A stretch of DNA of 64,000 bases from Minisyncoccia bacterium (GTDB lineage Bacteria; Patescibacteriota; Minisyncoccia; Moranbacterales; GCA-2747515): positions 18,261-82,260 of the forward strand of contig JBGSQF010000006.1 in NCBI GenBank assembly GCA_041738235.1. The letters are read 5' to 3'. The notes below the pieces were generated by a model. The model saw only the letters and a list, made by a program, of their open reading frames with translations. It did not search any database and was not told the origin of the DNA. Shown here in pieces: positions 49,091-58,711 of the stretch (its first letter is position 1; the number at the start of each line of letters is the position of its first letter). A program made the translations under genes and the position numbers.

Positions 49091-49222
49091 CTATTTCTTT
49101 CGCTTTGCGACTTTTCGTTTTGCTGTCTTCTTCACAGCCTTCTTTGCTGTCTTCTTCACAGCCTTCTTTACGGCCTTCTTAGCTGGCTTTCGCACAGCCT
49201 TTTTCTTTTTTGCAACTGCCAT
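49091..49222 (-). CDS. 43-aa Lys/Ala/Val-rich histone H1-like protein (not in ORF track)
   Basis: MAVAKKKKAVRKPAKKAVKKAVKKTAKKAVKKTAKRKVAKRKK; SD AAAGGAGGTGA 5 nt upstream. Confidence 0.85.
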   Translation of the reverse strand: MAVAKKKKAVRKPAKKAVKKAVKKTAKKAVKKTAKRKVAKRKK

Positions 49223-49291
49223 AGAGGTCACCTCCTTTCAATTTTATTTTCCTTTTTTTTATTTTCTTGAAACACATCTTTATATACATAT

Positions 49292-49320
49292 ATTATACAA
49301 ACAAATATTTTTTTATACAA
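49292..49320 (-). promoter_or_regulatory. Sigma70 promoter of the histone-like gene
   Basis: TTGTAT-17 bp-TATAAT in an AT-rich region. Confidence 0.65.
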
Positions 49321-49691
49321 GTACAAATACAAAAAAATAAATGTGCATAACTTTTTAATACAAAAAAATATTTTCTTGTTGACTTTAATACAAATCCCCA
49401 CCGTTATTATTTCCATTCATACATTTAAACTTTTTCGTCATGGGATAGTAAGTTAATTTTTATCTCACCTCTGCTCCAGCACTACTCTACACAAACACCT
49501 TTTTTATAGTTGCAATTTATTGTTTAAAAAAACAAAAGTTCTATACTCATTTTTATTCAATTTGACTGTATCAGAAAAATCCTTTATCCTAAAAGGAAAT
49601 CGGTCGATATTCTTGTTCGCAACGACGAAATCAAGGATTATGCAGTATTATCCGACAGGACAGTTATTCTAGAAAGAGAGGTGACAACAAA

Positions 49692-50330
49692 ATGGAAGAA
49701 GCCCCAAAAGAAACGCAAGAAGAAGAAAAGATAGGATCGGTTCGCCACTGGGTCGAGGAAAACCTTCGCCTTATTGTTAGCGTGGTGATCGTTATCGCTC
49801 TCGGAGCAACGATCTATTCCTATTCCCAAAGAACAAAAGAATCCACGGTTGTATTTGAGAATGGAAACAACACTCAAGAGCAAGTACTCGTCGACAACAC
49901 TGGGGAAAAGACGACAGACTCCCAACAAGTCGTTGATACCGCAGGATCTGATCAACAGAACAATGAGCAGCCCGCAGTGGAAACAACTCCGGCCAAACCA
50001 GAGGTCACTTCGACAGAAACGAGCAAAGAAACTTCTGACGCTTTTATCGCTATTGCTCAAAAAGGAGATGGGCTCACTCACCTCGCACGAAAAGCTCTGG
50101 CAGATTATCTCGCCAAGAACCCCGATTCACAACTGACCGTAGCTCATAAGATCTACATTGAAGACGCCCTCAGAAAGGCCGTTGGTCATAAGGGAGGTGT
50201 CCATGTAGGCACAGAAGTATCGTTCTCGAAAGACCTTATTCAGAAGACCATTGAGCAAGCCAAAAACCTTAACGAACGTCAACTCCAGAACTTACAGAAA
50301 TACGTTCCGCTTGTGCCTTCACTCTCCTGA
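49692..50330 (+). CDS. Membrane-anchored protein with low-complexity linker and LysM-like C-terminus
   Basis: SD GAGGTGA; TM; T/E/Q-rich linker; AQKGDGLTHLARKAL. Confidence 0.65.
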   Translation: MEEAPKETQEEEKIGSVRHWVEENLRLIVSVVIVIALGATIYSYSQRTKESTVVFENGNNTQEQVLVDNTGEKTTDSQQVVDTAGSDQQNNEQPAVETTPAKPEVTSTETSKETSDAFIAIAQKGDGLTHLARKALADYLAKNPDSQLTVAHKIYIEDALRKAVGHKGGVHVGTEVSFSKDLIQKTIEQAKNLNERQLQNLQKYVPLVPSLS

Positions 50331-50355
50331 AAATAAAACTATTTGTTCTTTAGTA

Positions 50356-50386
50356 AACAAAACCCCGCAACGGCGGGGTTTTGTTA
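50356..50386. terminator. Bidirectional terminator
   Basis: AACAAAACCCCGC-aacg-GCGGGGTTTTGTT. Confidence 0.85.
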
Positions 50387-50413
50387 TGAAACTAAACTCC
50401 CTCTGTATAATTT

Positions 50414-51421
50414 TCATGATCTATTTCTACTGTTCATAAATAAAAAGAAGCTCAATACCAGCATAACAATAGTGATCACCTTCCCAACCGTATCAGACAA
50501 AAACGTAGAAAGAGCACAAATACTCACAAATCCCAAGATAAAGAAACTTACACTCCTCTCGCTCCATCCCCTCGCCAAGAGAATATGATGCAAGTGTCTC
50601 TTGTCAGGACTCACCCATGACACGCCTGCCTGGTTCCTTTTCCACACCACCCAGAGGGCATCAAGTACAGGAAGTCCCAATACAAGAAAAGCAGTTGCTA
50701 TCTTTGCCCCAGCAAATATGGATAAATAGGCAATAGCAAATCCAGCAACAAAAACACCAGCAGTCCCGGTAAATATCTTTGCGGGATACATATTAAAAAA
50801 GAATAGACCGAGATACGACCCTAAAAAGGCTAATGAAATTATAGCTACGGGAGGTTGAAAAACCTCCGTACGAAGACTCAGCATAAAGAAAGCAAGGGCC
50901 ACTATCACCACTATGCCAGGCGCAACCCCGTCCACCCCATCACTCCAGTTGAGCGCATTCATAAGAAGTAAAAACCACACCCCCGCAAGCATGCTCCCAA
51001 AAAATACCCCCCATGCTCCCCAAAAAATAATGCGATCCCCGAACGGGTTTGGGATATTTAGGATAGAAATTCCAAAAACAAAGATAACGACCAAAACGAT
51101 CATAGTCTGTGTAAATAACTGCGTTTTCCATCCGACTGGCTTAACATCATCCAAAATTCCTAAGAGTAACATCCCCAAACAGCCAAAGATAAGCCCCCAT
51201 ATATCTTTTGTGATTTGTAAAGATGGGTCAAAAAAGAGCGTTGCAATAAACACCACAACAACAACCCACCCTCCCCACCGAGAAATATCACTCGACTCCC
51301 TCCCTAATTCCTGCCTTGTTCTCTTAAAAAAAGAAAAATATTTTTCCAGACTAGTAAATATCCCAAGTCCAGCTACGCTCAAAACGAGAGAAAAAACAAG
51401 TGGAAAGATATAGAGAGACAT
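50414..51421 (-). CDS. MraY/WecA/TagO-family polyprenyl-phosphate sugar-1-phosphate transferase
   Basis: GILDDV, NALNWSDGVDG, FNMYPAKIF, DKRHLHH. Confidence 0.9.
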   Translation of the reverse strand: MSLYIFPLVFSLVLSVAGLGIFTSLEKYFSFFKRTRQELGRESSDISRWGGWVVVVVFIATLFFDPSLQITKDIWGLIFGCLGMLLLGILDDVKPVGWKTQLFTQTMIVLVVIFVFGISILNIPNPFGDRIIFWGAWGVFFGSMLAGVWFLLLMNALNWSDGVDGVAPGIVVIVALAFFMLSLRTEVFQPPVAIISLAFLGSYLGLFFFNMYPAKIFTGTAGVFVAGFAIAYLSIFAGAKIATAFLVLGLPVLDALWVVWKRNQAGVSWVSPDKRHLHHILLARGWSERSVSFFILGFVSICALSTFLSDTVGKVITIVMLVLSFFLFMNSRNRS

Positions 51422-51505
51422 ATAGCAACAGTGTGGTTTTCAATACCGTAACTCCTCAGAGCCGAATCATTTTCCTATTTACCAAACACTCATGAAAACA
51501 ATTTC

Positions 51506-51880
51506 CTACCTATTCCCCAAGATAACACTCACCAAAGCAATAAGTGCTGCAATTTGGACCATTCCCCCACAAAGAACCATAAGATGTGCCATAATACGAT
51601 CTTTTTCTCGAAAGAATCTCCAGGCCAAGATCATCTGCATTACAAGAAATATAAATGCAGCCACAGGAATCTCATAAGGAGAATACCAGGGACTTATTGA
51701 GGTTGGATCGACACCCAAATAAACATTAAAACGAAGCGCCACCGGCACGCCTTCTTTATGAAAGAACCAAGTACATCCAGCCCATAAAATAATATGCAAC
51801 AGAAAAGCAAATGCAAACAACCACTGTATAACATGGTTTCTAAAAAATTCTTTTCTGATCGAAGAATATTTAGAAGGCAT
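51506..51880 (-). CDS. Small 3-TM hypothetical protein (DUF1648-like)
   Basis: PVALRFNVYLGVD after the first TM. Confidence 0.6.
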   Translation of the reverse strand: MPSKYSSIRKEFFRNHVIQWLFAFAFLLHIILWAGCTWFFHKEGVPVALRFNVYLGVDPTSISPWYSPYEIPVAAFIFLVMQMILAWRFFREKDRIMAHLMVLCGGMVQIAALIALVSVILGNR

Positions 51881-51924
51881 ACAAATTGAAGATCTTGGAA
51901 ATTTCGATCCAGTCAGATAAAAAC

Positions 51925-53160
51925 TTACACCTCGATCAAAGGAAGGACATTTTCTTCCTTTGCCTCAGGTAACTCCTGAACCCTTCCTAATCTTTTCTCT
52001 ATGGTCCGACTCTTGCGAGATGCCGTTTCGATAGTATTACTTGCTTCTTGAAGTTTTTTATGTGTTTTGTCCAATAGATCACCAAATGTGATAAACTCTT
52101 TTTTAATAGATCCTAACACCTCCCACACCTCACTTGATCGCTTCGTAATAGCCAAAGTGCGAAATCCCATTTGTAAACTATTAAGGATCGCGGCTATGGT
52201 CGTGGGCCCCGTAATGATCACACGGTACTCTCGTCGCAAAATATCCGAAAGTCCGGGACGACGAAGCACCTCCGCATACAATCCTTCATTCGGCAAAAAC
52301 AAGATCCCAAAATCCGTTGTATAGGGAGGATCGAGATATTTATGCATAATATCCTTTGCCTCAGATTTTATGCGAACCTCAAGTGCTTTGGAAAAACGAT
52401 CAATTGCCTCCACATCACCTTTTTCCGAAGCATCAATAAGCCCCTGATAATCTTCCAGGGGAAATTTCGCATCGATAGGCAAGAGTATGGTTTGTATTTT
52501 TTCGTCCTTGGCCGGGATTCGAATGGCAAATTCTACACGATCATTCGACCCCTTCTTTACTGCAACATTTTTGACGTATTGTTCAGGAGTTAGGATATCA
52601 TCCAGAAGGGTTCCCAGTTGCACCTCACCCCATGTGCCACGCGTCTTTACATTTTGCAGTACTTTTTTCAGATCCCCCACGCCAGTAGCAAGCGTCTGCA
52701 TCTCCCCCAAGCCTCTATGCACCAACTCCAAACGCTCATCTACACGCTTAAATGACTCTCCGAGTCGTTTTTCAAGTGTAGCATGAAGTTTTTCGTCCAC
52801 CGTCTCACGCATCTTCTCCAATTTTTCACTATTATCCCTCTGAATATTTTCCAGGCGTTGCTCCACCGACTTCCGCACCTCATTCATCTTCGCTTCATTG
52901 CGATCGATAAGATCACCCAGAACACGAGAAACATATTCCAACCTATCCGTTATCTCCTTTCTCATTCGATCGTTGACCTCCGAAGATTCTCGACGGTTAA
53001 TAGATATCTCTTGTCGTACCGATTGTTCTATCCTCCCCTCTAATTTCTCAACCCTCTCAAGAATAGGTCGAACTGTTCCTTCTCCCCTACTGGAACGAAG
53101 TACAAAGAAAAGTGTCAAACCCACTATTACGATAATACCAAGCAACAAAAAGATTTCCAC
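51925..53160 (-). CDS. rmuC: DNA recombination protein RmuC
   Basis: KTRGTWGEVQL, IDAKFP, LFLPNEGLYAE. Confidence 0.95.
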   Translation of the reverse strand: MEIFLLLGIIVIVGLTLFFVLRSSRGEGTVRPILERVEKLEGRIEQSVRQEISINRRESSEVNDRMRKEITDRLEYVSRVLGDLIDRNEAKMNEVRKSVEQRLENIQRDNSEKLEKMRETVDEKLHATLEKRLGESFKRVDERLELVHRGLGEMQTLATGVGDLKKVLQNVKTRGTWGEVQLGTLLDDILTPEQYVKNVAVKKGSNDRVEFAIRIPAKDEKIQTILLPIDAKFPLEDYQGLIDASEKGDVEAIDRFSKALEVRIKSEAKDIMHKYLDPPYTTDFGILFLPNEGLYAEVLRRPGLSDILRREYRVIITGPTTIAAILNSLQMGFRTLAITKRSSEVWEVLGSIKKEFITFGDLLDKTHKKLQEASNTIETASRKSRTIEKRLGRVQELPEAKEENVLPLIEV

Positions 53161-53170
53161 AAATATTTTT

Positions 53171-53773
53171 TTATTTCTTTAGAATGGATATGAAACGTTT
53201 CAAATTGGGAATTCGATTTACCAACTCTTCGTTCGGTCCTTCAAAAAAATCAGTCAGAAATCGATCCGTAAGCTCCAAGCGGTACCGAAACTCTTCAGCA
53301 TCCAAAAGCATATAGCGAATCTCTCTCCCCACCTCCGCTTCTACCTGAGCGATGATCTGTGCTAACTTCGTGCGTTGAATATTATTGACCACCAGAAGCA
53401 TATCGATCTTCCCCTTGGCATAATCGAGAAATATTCCACTCAAAAGCACAAGCTTGACATCTCCTATTTGACGGATCTTCTTCAAGCCCTCACACTGGGG
53501 ATGCCGGTTGGTTGCGGCAATAAGTGTATGGAGCTCCGGATAGTAAGGAAAGGCCTTATTAAGAACATAAAACTTTTGTTTCTTTATTGACCGCTCCACT
53601 ATCAATTTCATCTTTACAAGTACTCGCAGGGCTTTCCGTGATTCATTCTTCCTGATCTTGTTCTTGGAGATCACCTCATCAAAAGAAAAAAGCGTCTCTT
53701 TATTGAGTATAAAGAAACGAATAAGACGAGCTTTTTCTTTTGTACCAAAGAGAAGTTCGAGAGTATCGGTCAT
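53171..53773 (-). CDS. Winged-helix + minimal nucleotidyltransferase-like protein
   Basis: LFGTKEKARLIRFF wHTH; LSGIF...IDMLLV NTase-like fold. Start taken at MTDTL. Confidence 0.6.
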   Translation of the reverse strand: MTDTLELLFGTKEKARLIRFFILNKETLFSFDEVISKNKIRKNESRKALRVLVKMKLIVERSIKKQKFYVLNKAFPYYPELHTLIAATNRHPQCEGLKKIRQIGDVKLVLLSGIFLDYAKGKIDMLLVVNNIQRTKLAQIIAQVEAEVGREIRYMLLDAEEFRYRLELTDRFLTDFFEGPNEELVNRIPNLKRFISILKK

Positions 53774-53833
53774 AGAGCTCTGTATATTAGAAGATAAATA
53801 CCCATTCAGTATAAGCGAATCTGGTAAAAAAAG

Positions 53834-53858
53834 CAAAAAGCGGGGAAACCCGCTTTTT
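53834..53858. terminator. Intrinsic terminator
   Basis: AAAAAGCGGG-gaaa-CCCGCTTTTT. Confidence 0.85.
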
Positions 53859-53947
53859 GACCAAATGCTTCTTATTTCTGAAGATCCACGTCAAAGTACA
53901 TATGGAGATACTTTGCCTCTATGGGCATGGTGTGCGAAGACCACCGT

Positions 53948-54553
53948 TTAATCAAAGCATGTACAGCCTGTATCAGTTGTGGTCATACCATTTAGGAGTC
54001 CCGCCGCATAGCCAGCGTTCCTACAATATCTATTGCAGGAGGTTCCACACGCCACAAGCTCTCCCGCTGAGCCAAGCCCACTTATCCCAGTGCCACGTAC
54101 ATCACACGGAGAATTAAGAGAATACATAGTATTATTTGACACCAACACAGAATACGATTTTCGTGGCATGGATGCAGTGGTCGCAAATGGAGGAGTTGCA
54201 CAGTTCAAACCATTCTTATCACAATATGCTGATGCGCCCACATTTCCCTCAACATCGACTTTTAGCGTACCGTCTGGGGTTGAATCCCCAATTCCCACCT
54301 TTCCATTTGCCACAATAAGCCCATTTGCCGCCACAGGAATACCATTAAGACCAGTGTTAAGGATAAGGTTCCCATCCTTGATCTGTCCTGCTCCCGTAGT
54401 AATAGGTCCGGAAACAGTGGCAGTTGTGGGATCACCCGCGGGTGCTGGTGTCCATGCTGCCTGAGCAAATTGAAGACCGACGCCCAGAGCCGCCCCTAAT
54501 ACAACAACCTTAGACCAGTAACCAACTTCTTTAAAAACACTTTTACTCTGCAT
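53948..54553 (-). CDS. Secreted protein with a tail-fibre-like GxVGIG segment and Cys-rich C-terminus
   Basis: Signal peptide AQA|AW; NGKVGIGDSTP...DVEGNV; 8 Cys in the C-terminal half. Confidence 0.65.
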   Translation of the reverse strand: MQSKSVFKEVGYWSKVVVLGAALGVGLQFAQAAWTPAPAGDPTTATVSGPITTGAGQIKDGNLILNTGLNGIPVAANGLIVANGKVGIGDSTPDGTLKVDVEGNVGASAYCDKNGLNCATPPFATTASMPRKSYSVLVSNNTMYSLNSPCDVRGTGISGLGSAGELVACGTSCNRYCRNAGYAAGLLNGMTTTDTGCTCFD

Positions 54554-54602
54554 AAGGATTATATTACAACTTATGTGTTAATTTTTTAATCTCAAACTAT
54601 TT

Positions 54603-54995
54603 TTATTGTCTCAAGGCCTTTTCTAACTCATCCTGAGAATAATTTGTTACCTCTTCTTCAGGAGCGAGAACGGTGAGTACTTCTCTCAACTGTTTCTGCT
54701 CAACCGTCGGGTCAATCTTGACCTGGGGGGAATCCCCTTCTTGATCTCTAGATTCAACGGATTCGGCAGATTTGTCCAATGCCAATTGCAATTCTTCTTG
54801 AGTATATACAACTGGTTTTACGTCATCAGTATGCTTTAAAGAGGGCGCCTCTACTCCAACTCCCTTTGTAAAGACATCCACAGCGATCAGTACCACAAAG
54901 ATCATTATGACACCAAGTACTACAAGAAGGATCTTAATTGAAGAATTTTTTTGATCAGGCATAGTGTTTATTTTAAAATTTTGTAACGTCTTCAC
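54603..54995 (-). CDS. Single-TM hypothetical protein
   Basis: TM followed by an acidic domain with repeated Y[TS]Q[ED]EL motifs. Confidence 0.6.
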   Translation of the reverse strand: MKTLQNFKINTMPDQKNSSIKILLVVLGVIMIFVVLIAVDVFTKGVGVEAPSLKHTDDVKPVVYTQEELQLALDKSAESVESRDQEGDSPQVKIDPTVEQKQLREVLTVLAPEEEVTNYSQDELEKALRQ

Positions 54996-55038
54996 AGTAT
55001 CACAAACAAATAACGCATGTTTTCAGTAAGATCCCCTT

Positions 55039-55957
55039 TTAAGGAGCTACTTCCCTAAATCCTGCAGGATTGCATACTTTTGTTCCGGGTGAAGCAGGAC
55101 TACAACCGTTGTTACATGTAGATCCGATACATGTCGATGACTCGCATCCATTTGGGAGGCACGGGTCAGATACAGTGACAGTGACTGAATAAGAGTTTAC
55201 CCCTTTTTGAGCTGTTACTGTTTCCGTTCCGACAGCCAGGGCTTCTATTCTTTTTTTAGAACTGTCATCGATAAAATGCGCGAAATCCTTTCCTGATTCA
55301 TCACTCCATGTTGTGGTTGCAGTAACGTCCGTAGATCCGTCACAGGCCACGATCGGCAAAGATGTTCTACTGCTCAACGTAAGACTTATCGCTGAAGGAA
55401 CAGGGGATCCTGTACTACAATCATCAAATTTTAAAGTTAGGGTCGGCGCCGGGGCAGGTTTTCCGGAAAATTGGATGAATCCAAGCTCATCACTCCATGC
55501 GTATCCTTGAAGCTCCTGAGTACTTGGATCGATCGTCACGCCGTTCAGCTGTACAAAACCACTCCACCCACCAGAATTTCCAACAGCTTCCTCATTTTTA
55601 ATAGAGAGAATTCGAGCCCATCCTTGCAAGGTGTTCCCAACCCTTTTTGAATAGCACGTTCCCGATACTGGACAACCCACGACATCTGCATCTTCAAAAC
55701 TTACCCATCCGTATCCATGACCACCCCAAGCATGTCCAGTAACATCTCCATCGGTTTCTGGCATAACAACCTGAGTCGCATCAAAGGCACCGGAACCCTG
55801 ATAAATGCTCGGTGTCAAACCGTCATTGGTCCCCCCCCAAAAAATATGCTATACCTCCTCCCACACCATCAAGAGCATTCGTTATTCCTGCGACAAATAC
55901 CATCCCTAAAAATGCAAGAGCAAATATGGGAAGCGTGAAGAGAAGTTTTGTTTTCAT
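55039..55957 (-). pseudogene. Secreted Cys-rich protein split by a 1-nt frameshift in a T6G8 tract
   Basis: Signal-peptide ORF 55957-55823 (MKTKLLFTLPIFALAFLG...AYFLGGDQ*). Removing one base at 55831-55844 joins it to ORF 55818-55039. Confidence 0.75.
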
Positions 55958-56237
55958 ATTGTTTTTTAGAAAAGTTGAATTTCTTTATTAAAAATAATAT
56001 CATATCAGACAAAAAACCACAACAAAAGTGTACCGACCTGCATTCCATACCAAAGCCCTCCCACTAAGAGTTATACGATATTAAAGAAGCACTTCACTCG
56101 CGTGAAGAATAAAACAACAAGAACCGAGGATCTTTCACTTTAAAAATAAGTTACCCCATATGTGATTTCCTTCGAAATTGTGGTACAATTAACTTATTCT
56201 TCTAGGAAGAATAAGCATTTGAATTTTCACTAGCTGT

Positions 56238-58634
56238 ATGACAGAGAAACAAAATCGCAAAGACCAAACGGAAATGCAATCCGTCATCACGCCCCTTACC
56301 ATAATAGGCAACGATCGCTTAGCCCCCTACATCCAAGTATTCACCCATCAACCGGAAAACATTACCCAACATGCCCTTGGAACGCTTTTTGGGATATTCA
56401 AGATCGACGACATCAGCGTTGATAGTGCCTTTATCGTAAACTTTCTTGTTTCCGAATTCAAGAAAGAATACTATGGAAATCCCCGAAGAACTCCTGCGGG
56501 AAGTTTTGAAGCGGGTCTCAATCGAATAAACATCGCCCTTTCCGAACTCGCCAAACAGGGAAATATTGCCTGGATAGGAAAGATCGAATCAGCTCTTTGT
56601 GCTCTTGAGAAAAACGGGATGCTACACTTTAGCGCAACAGGTCCTGCGCACATCGCGCTCATGAGAGAAGGTTCTCTATCGCTGATCAGTGATGGCCTTG
56701 CCCCAGAAGCCACAGCACCCAATCCCCTCAAGACATTTATTGAGATCTCCTCAGGAAAACTTCACCCTGAAGACCTGGTCATCCTTGGAACACATGAATT
56801 GTTCGAATTCCTCCCCAAAGAAAAAATGGAAAGAAACGCAAAACACTTCAGCTATGAAGAATTTACGAGATTTCTTCATACTGCACTTGTCAATGAATTT
56901 GATCTTTGTGGAACAGTAACTGTTTTACTCAACAAAAGAGCCCCGATCCCCAAAACAAGAAAGTCATCCTCATCAATATCCCCAGAATCCATACCGAACA
57001 TGTTTAGTGCAAAAGCATTTCGTAAACATTCTGGAAAGAAAGAGGGAATGATAGTCACCGACCCAGAAGAAGACAGTTCGACCCAAAGAAAAAATCAGGA
57101 AGGACATCTTTATATTCAACAACAAGCATCGTCGGTCAATGACTCTGGTCAGGAACTCAGAGAAACGCTCCTTATGTTCAAAGAACGAATCGCAAACATC
57201 CTAGATGAGCGTATTACTGCCTCCCAAAATACCTTGCGTCAATGGCGACGAACCCTTGAAAAAGAGCTCTCCCGCAGATTTAAAAAGTCTTCGCCTGTAA
57301 AACCGACACCCATAATAAGCAAAGATCGTGTGCCCAACAACGGAGAACCTCTTGTCAAAAAATATAACACTCAACAAGAAACACCCTCACTTCAAGAAAT
57401 ATCTTTTATACGTCCATCCCAAAAAACGCCGGACAACAGAGATCAAAAAACAACAGAGGAGCTCAAATTGGAAGAATCTTCAGTTACTAACATCTTTGAC
57501 ACCATTTTTAAAAATTCCACAATAAAGAAAATAGGTGATCTTCTCCGCACGTTATGGAAAAAAATCCGTACTCTTACCCCGGTTATCCTTGGCGTATTTC
57601 AAAGATACACTCGGGATCTCCCAAAAGCCTTCTCACATCTTTCTCGTTTTATTCAACAATTGGTACAGATCGTACCGGAACAATACAGGAAGATCGTCCC
57701 ACTCGCTCTTGCTATTGCTATCGCTCTCATCGCCTTCTTTCTTATTCCCAAAAAAGACAATACAAAAATACAAGAAACACCCCAGGAAATTACTCAACAA
57801 GAACCAGCTCTTCCCGATCGATCAGCGACCTTCTCACAAGAAAAGAATGTTTTCTTTCCTAAAAAAGAGGATGAGATAGCCCTCTATACATCGCAAAACA
57901 CTATTCAAAATATTTTCACTTTTGACGAGAAAACACTGCTTGTTTTGGATGATAGCTCCATCAGCATCGTTCCAAAAGAAGGGGCGCCTGAAAATTTCCC
58001 GATTCCAGAAACAAACGGCACGACACTATCGGCCACCTATATGAAAGATCTGTCCACCCTCTTTGTTCTGACAGACAAGGGGTCCATTGTTTCCTTTAGT
58101 CCCATCTCCAAGAAATTTTCAAACAACTCACTAGTCCTAGAAGATCCCTCTACCAATAAATTCCTTCTTGGTAGTTACCTCACCTACCTCTATGTCGCCA
58201 ACACCACACAAAATACCATACTCCGCTATCCACGTGCTGAAGCAGGTGGCTTTGGAGAACCTCTTACGTGGCTTTCGAACGATTCAGGTGTTTCTCTTTC
58301 AGATGCGATCGACATGACGATCGACGGGTCGATCTATCTCATCAAACCAACAGGTATTACCCGTCTGAACAATAAAAAAGAAGATCCCCTTACGATTGAA
58401 AGCCCTAATAATCCAGCACAATTTGGATCTATCTTTACTCAAAATGAGTCAGATGCTCTTTACGTCTCAGATATAAAGAATAACAGGATCCTCCTCTTTA
58501 AAAAAGATGGTTCGATCGAACGACAGATCATACTTCCAGAAGCAACACCCGCAATATCAAAGGTGAGCCATTTAGAAAATAGCAGTGCCCTTATACTCCA
58601 GGGAGAACGTGAGATACTTCAGCTGGAGCAATAG
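56238..58634 (+). CDS. 798-aa membrane protein: PP2C-like N-terminal fold, linker, TM, beta-propeller-like C-terminus
   Basis: ISSGKLHPEDLVILGTHELF resembles PP2C motif 8; TM near aa 490; MTIDGSIYLI and LYVSDIKNNRILLF are NHL-like repeats. Confidence 0.6.
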   Translation: MTEKQNRKDQTEMQSVITPLTIIGNDRLAPYIQVFTHQPENITQHALGTLFGIFKIDDISVDSAFIVNFLVSEFKKEYYGNPRRTPAGSFEAGLNRINIALSELAKQGNIAWIGKIESALCALEKNGMLHFSATGPAHIALMREGSLSLISDGLAPEATAPNPLKTFIEISSGKLHPEDLVILGTHELFEFLPKEKMERNAKHFSYEEFTRFLHTALVNEFDLCGTVTVLLNKRAPIPKTRKSSSSISPESIPNMFSAKAFRKHSGKKEGMIVTDPEEDSSTQRKNQEGHLYIQQQASSVNDSGQELRETLLMFKERIANILDERITASQNTLRQWRRTLEKELSRRFKKSSPVKPTPIISKDRVPNNGEPLVKKYNTQQETPSLQEISFIRPSQKTPDNRDQKTTEELKLEESSVTNIFDTIFKNSTIKKIGDLLRTLWKKIRTLTPVILGVFQRYTRDLPKAFSHLSRFIQQLVQIVPEQYRKIVPLALAIAIALIAFFLIPKKDNTKIQETPQEITQQEPALPDRSATFSQEKNVFFPKKEDEIALYTSQNTIQNIFTFDEKTLLVLDDSSISIVPKEGAPENFPIPETNGTTLSATYMKDLSTLFVLTDKGSIVSFSPISKKFSNNSLVLEDPSTNKFLLGSYLTYLYVANTTQNTILRYPRAEAGGFGEPLTWLSNDSGVSLSDAIDMTIDGSIYLIKPTGITRLNNKKEDPLTIESPNNPAQFGSIFTQNESDALYVSDIKNNRILLFKKDGSIERQIILPEATPAISKVSHLENSSALILQGEREILQLEQ

Positions 58635-58658
58635 CGACTAGATCCGACCATGGTCAAA

Positions 58659-58690
58659 TAAAAAAAACGCTCTTGGGTAGAGTGTTTTTT
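58659..58690. terminator. Bidirectional terminator
   Basis: AAAAAAACGCTCT-tgggt-AGAGTGTTTTTT. Confidence 0.75.
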
Positions 58691-58711
58691 AAACATGCTC
58701 TGTCTCCTTGC

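Noticed and set aside
49230-49690. AT-rich 460-bp intergenic region as oriC (TGTGCATAA and TTATACAA repeats)
   Set aside because: No perfect DnaA box and no dnaA nearby. The TTATACAA copies are explained by the -10 and -35 of the histone-like gene, and base skew does not visibly switch.
55823-55825. TGA readthrough (code 25 or selenocysteine) as the explanation of the split gene
   Set aside because: The downstream ORF is in a different frame, and TGA terminates other genes here (for example holB and the VirD4-like ATPase).
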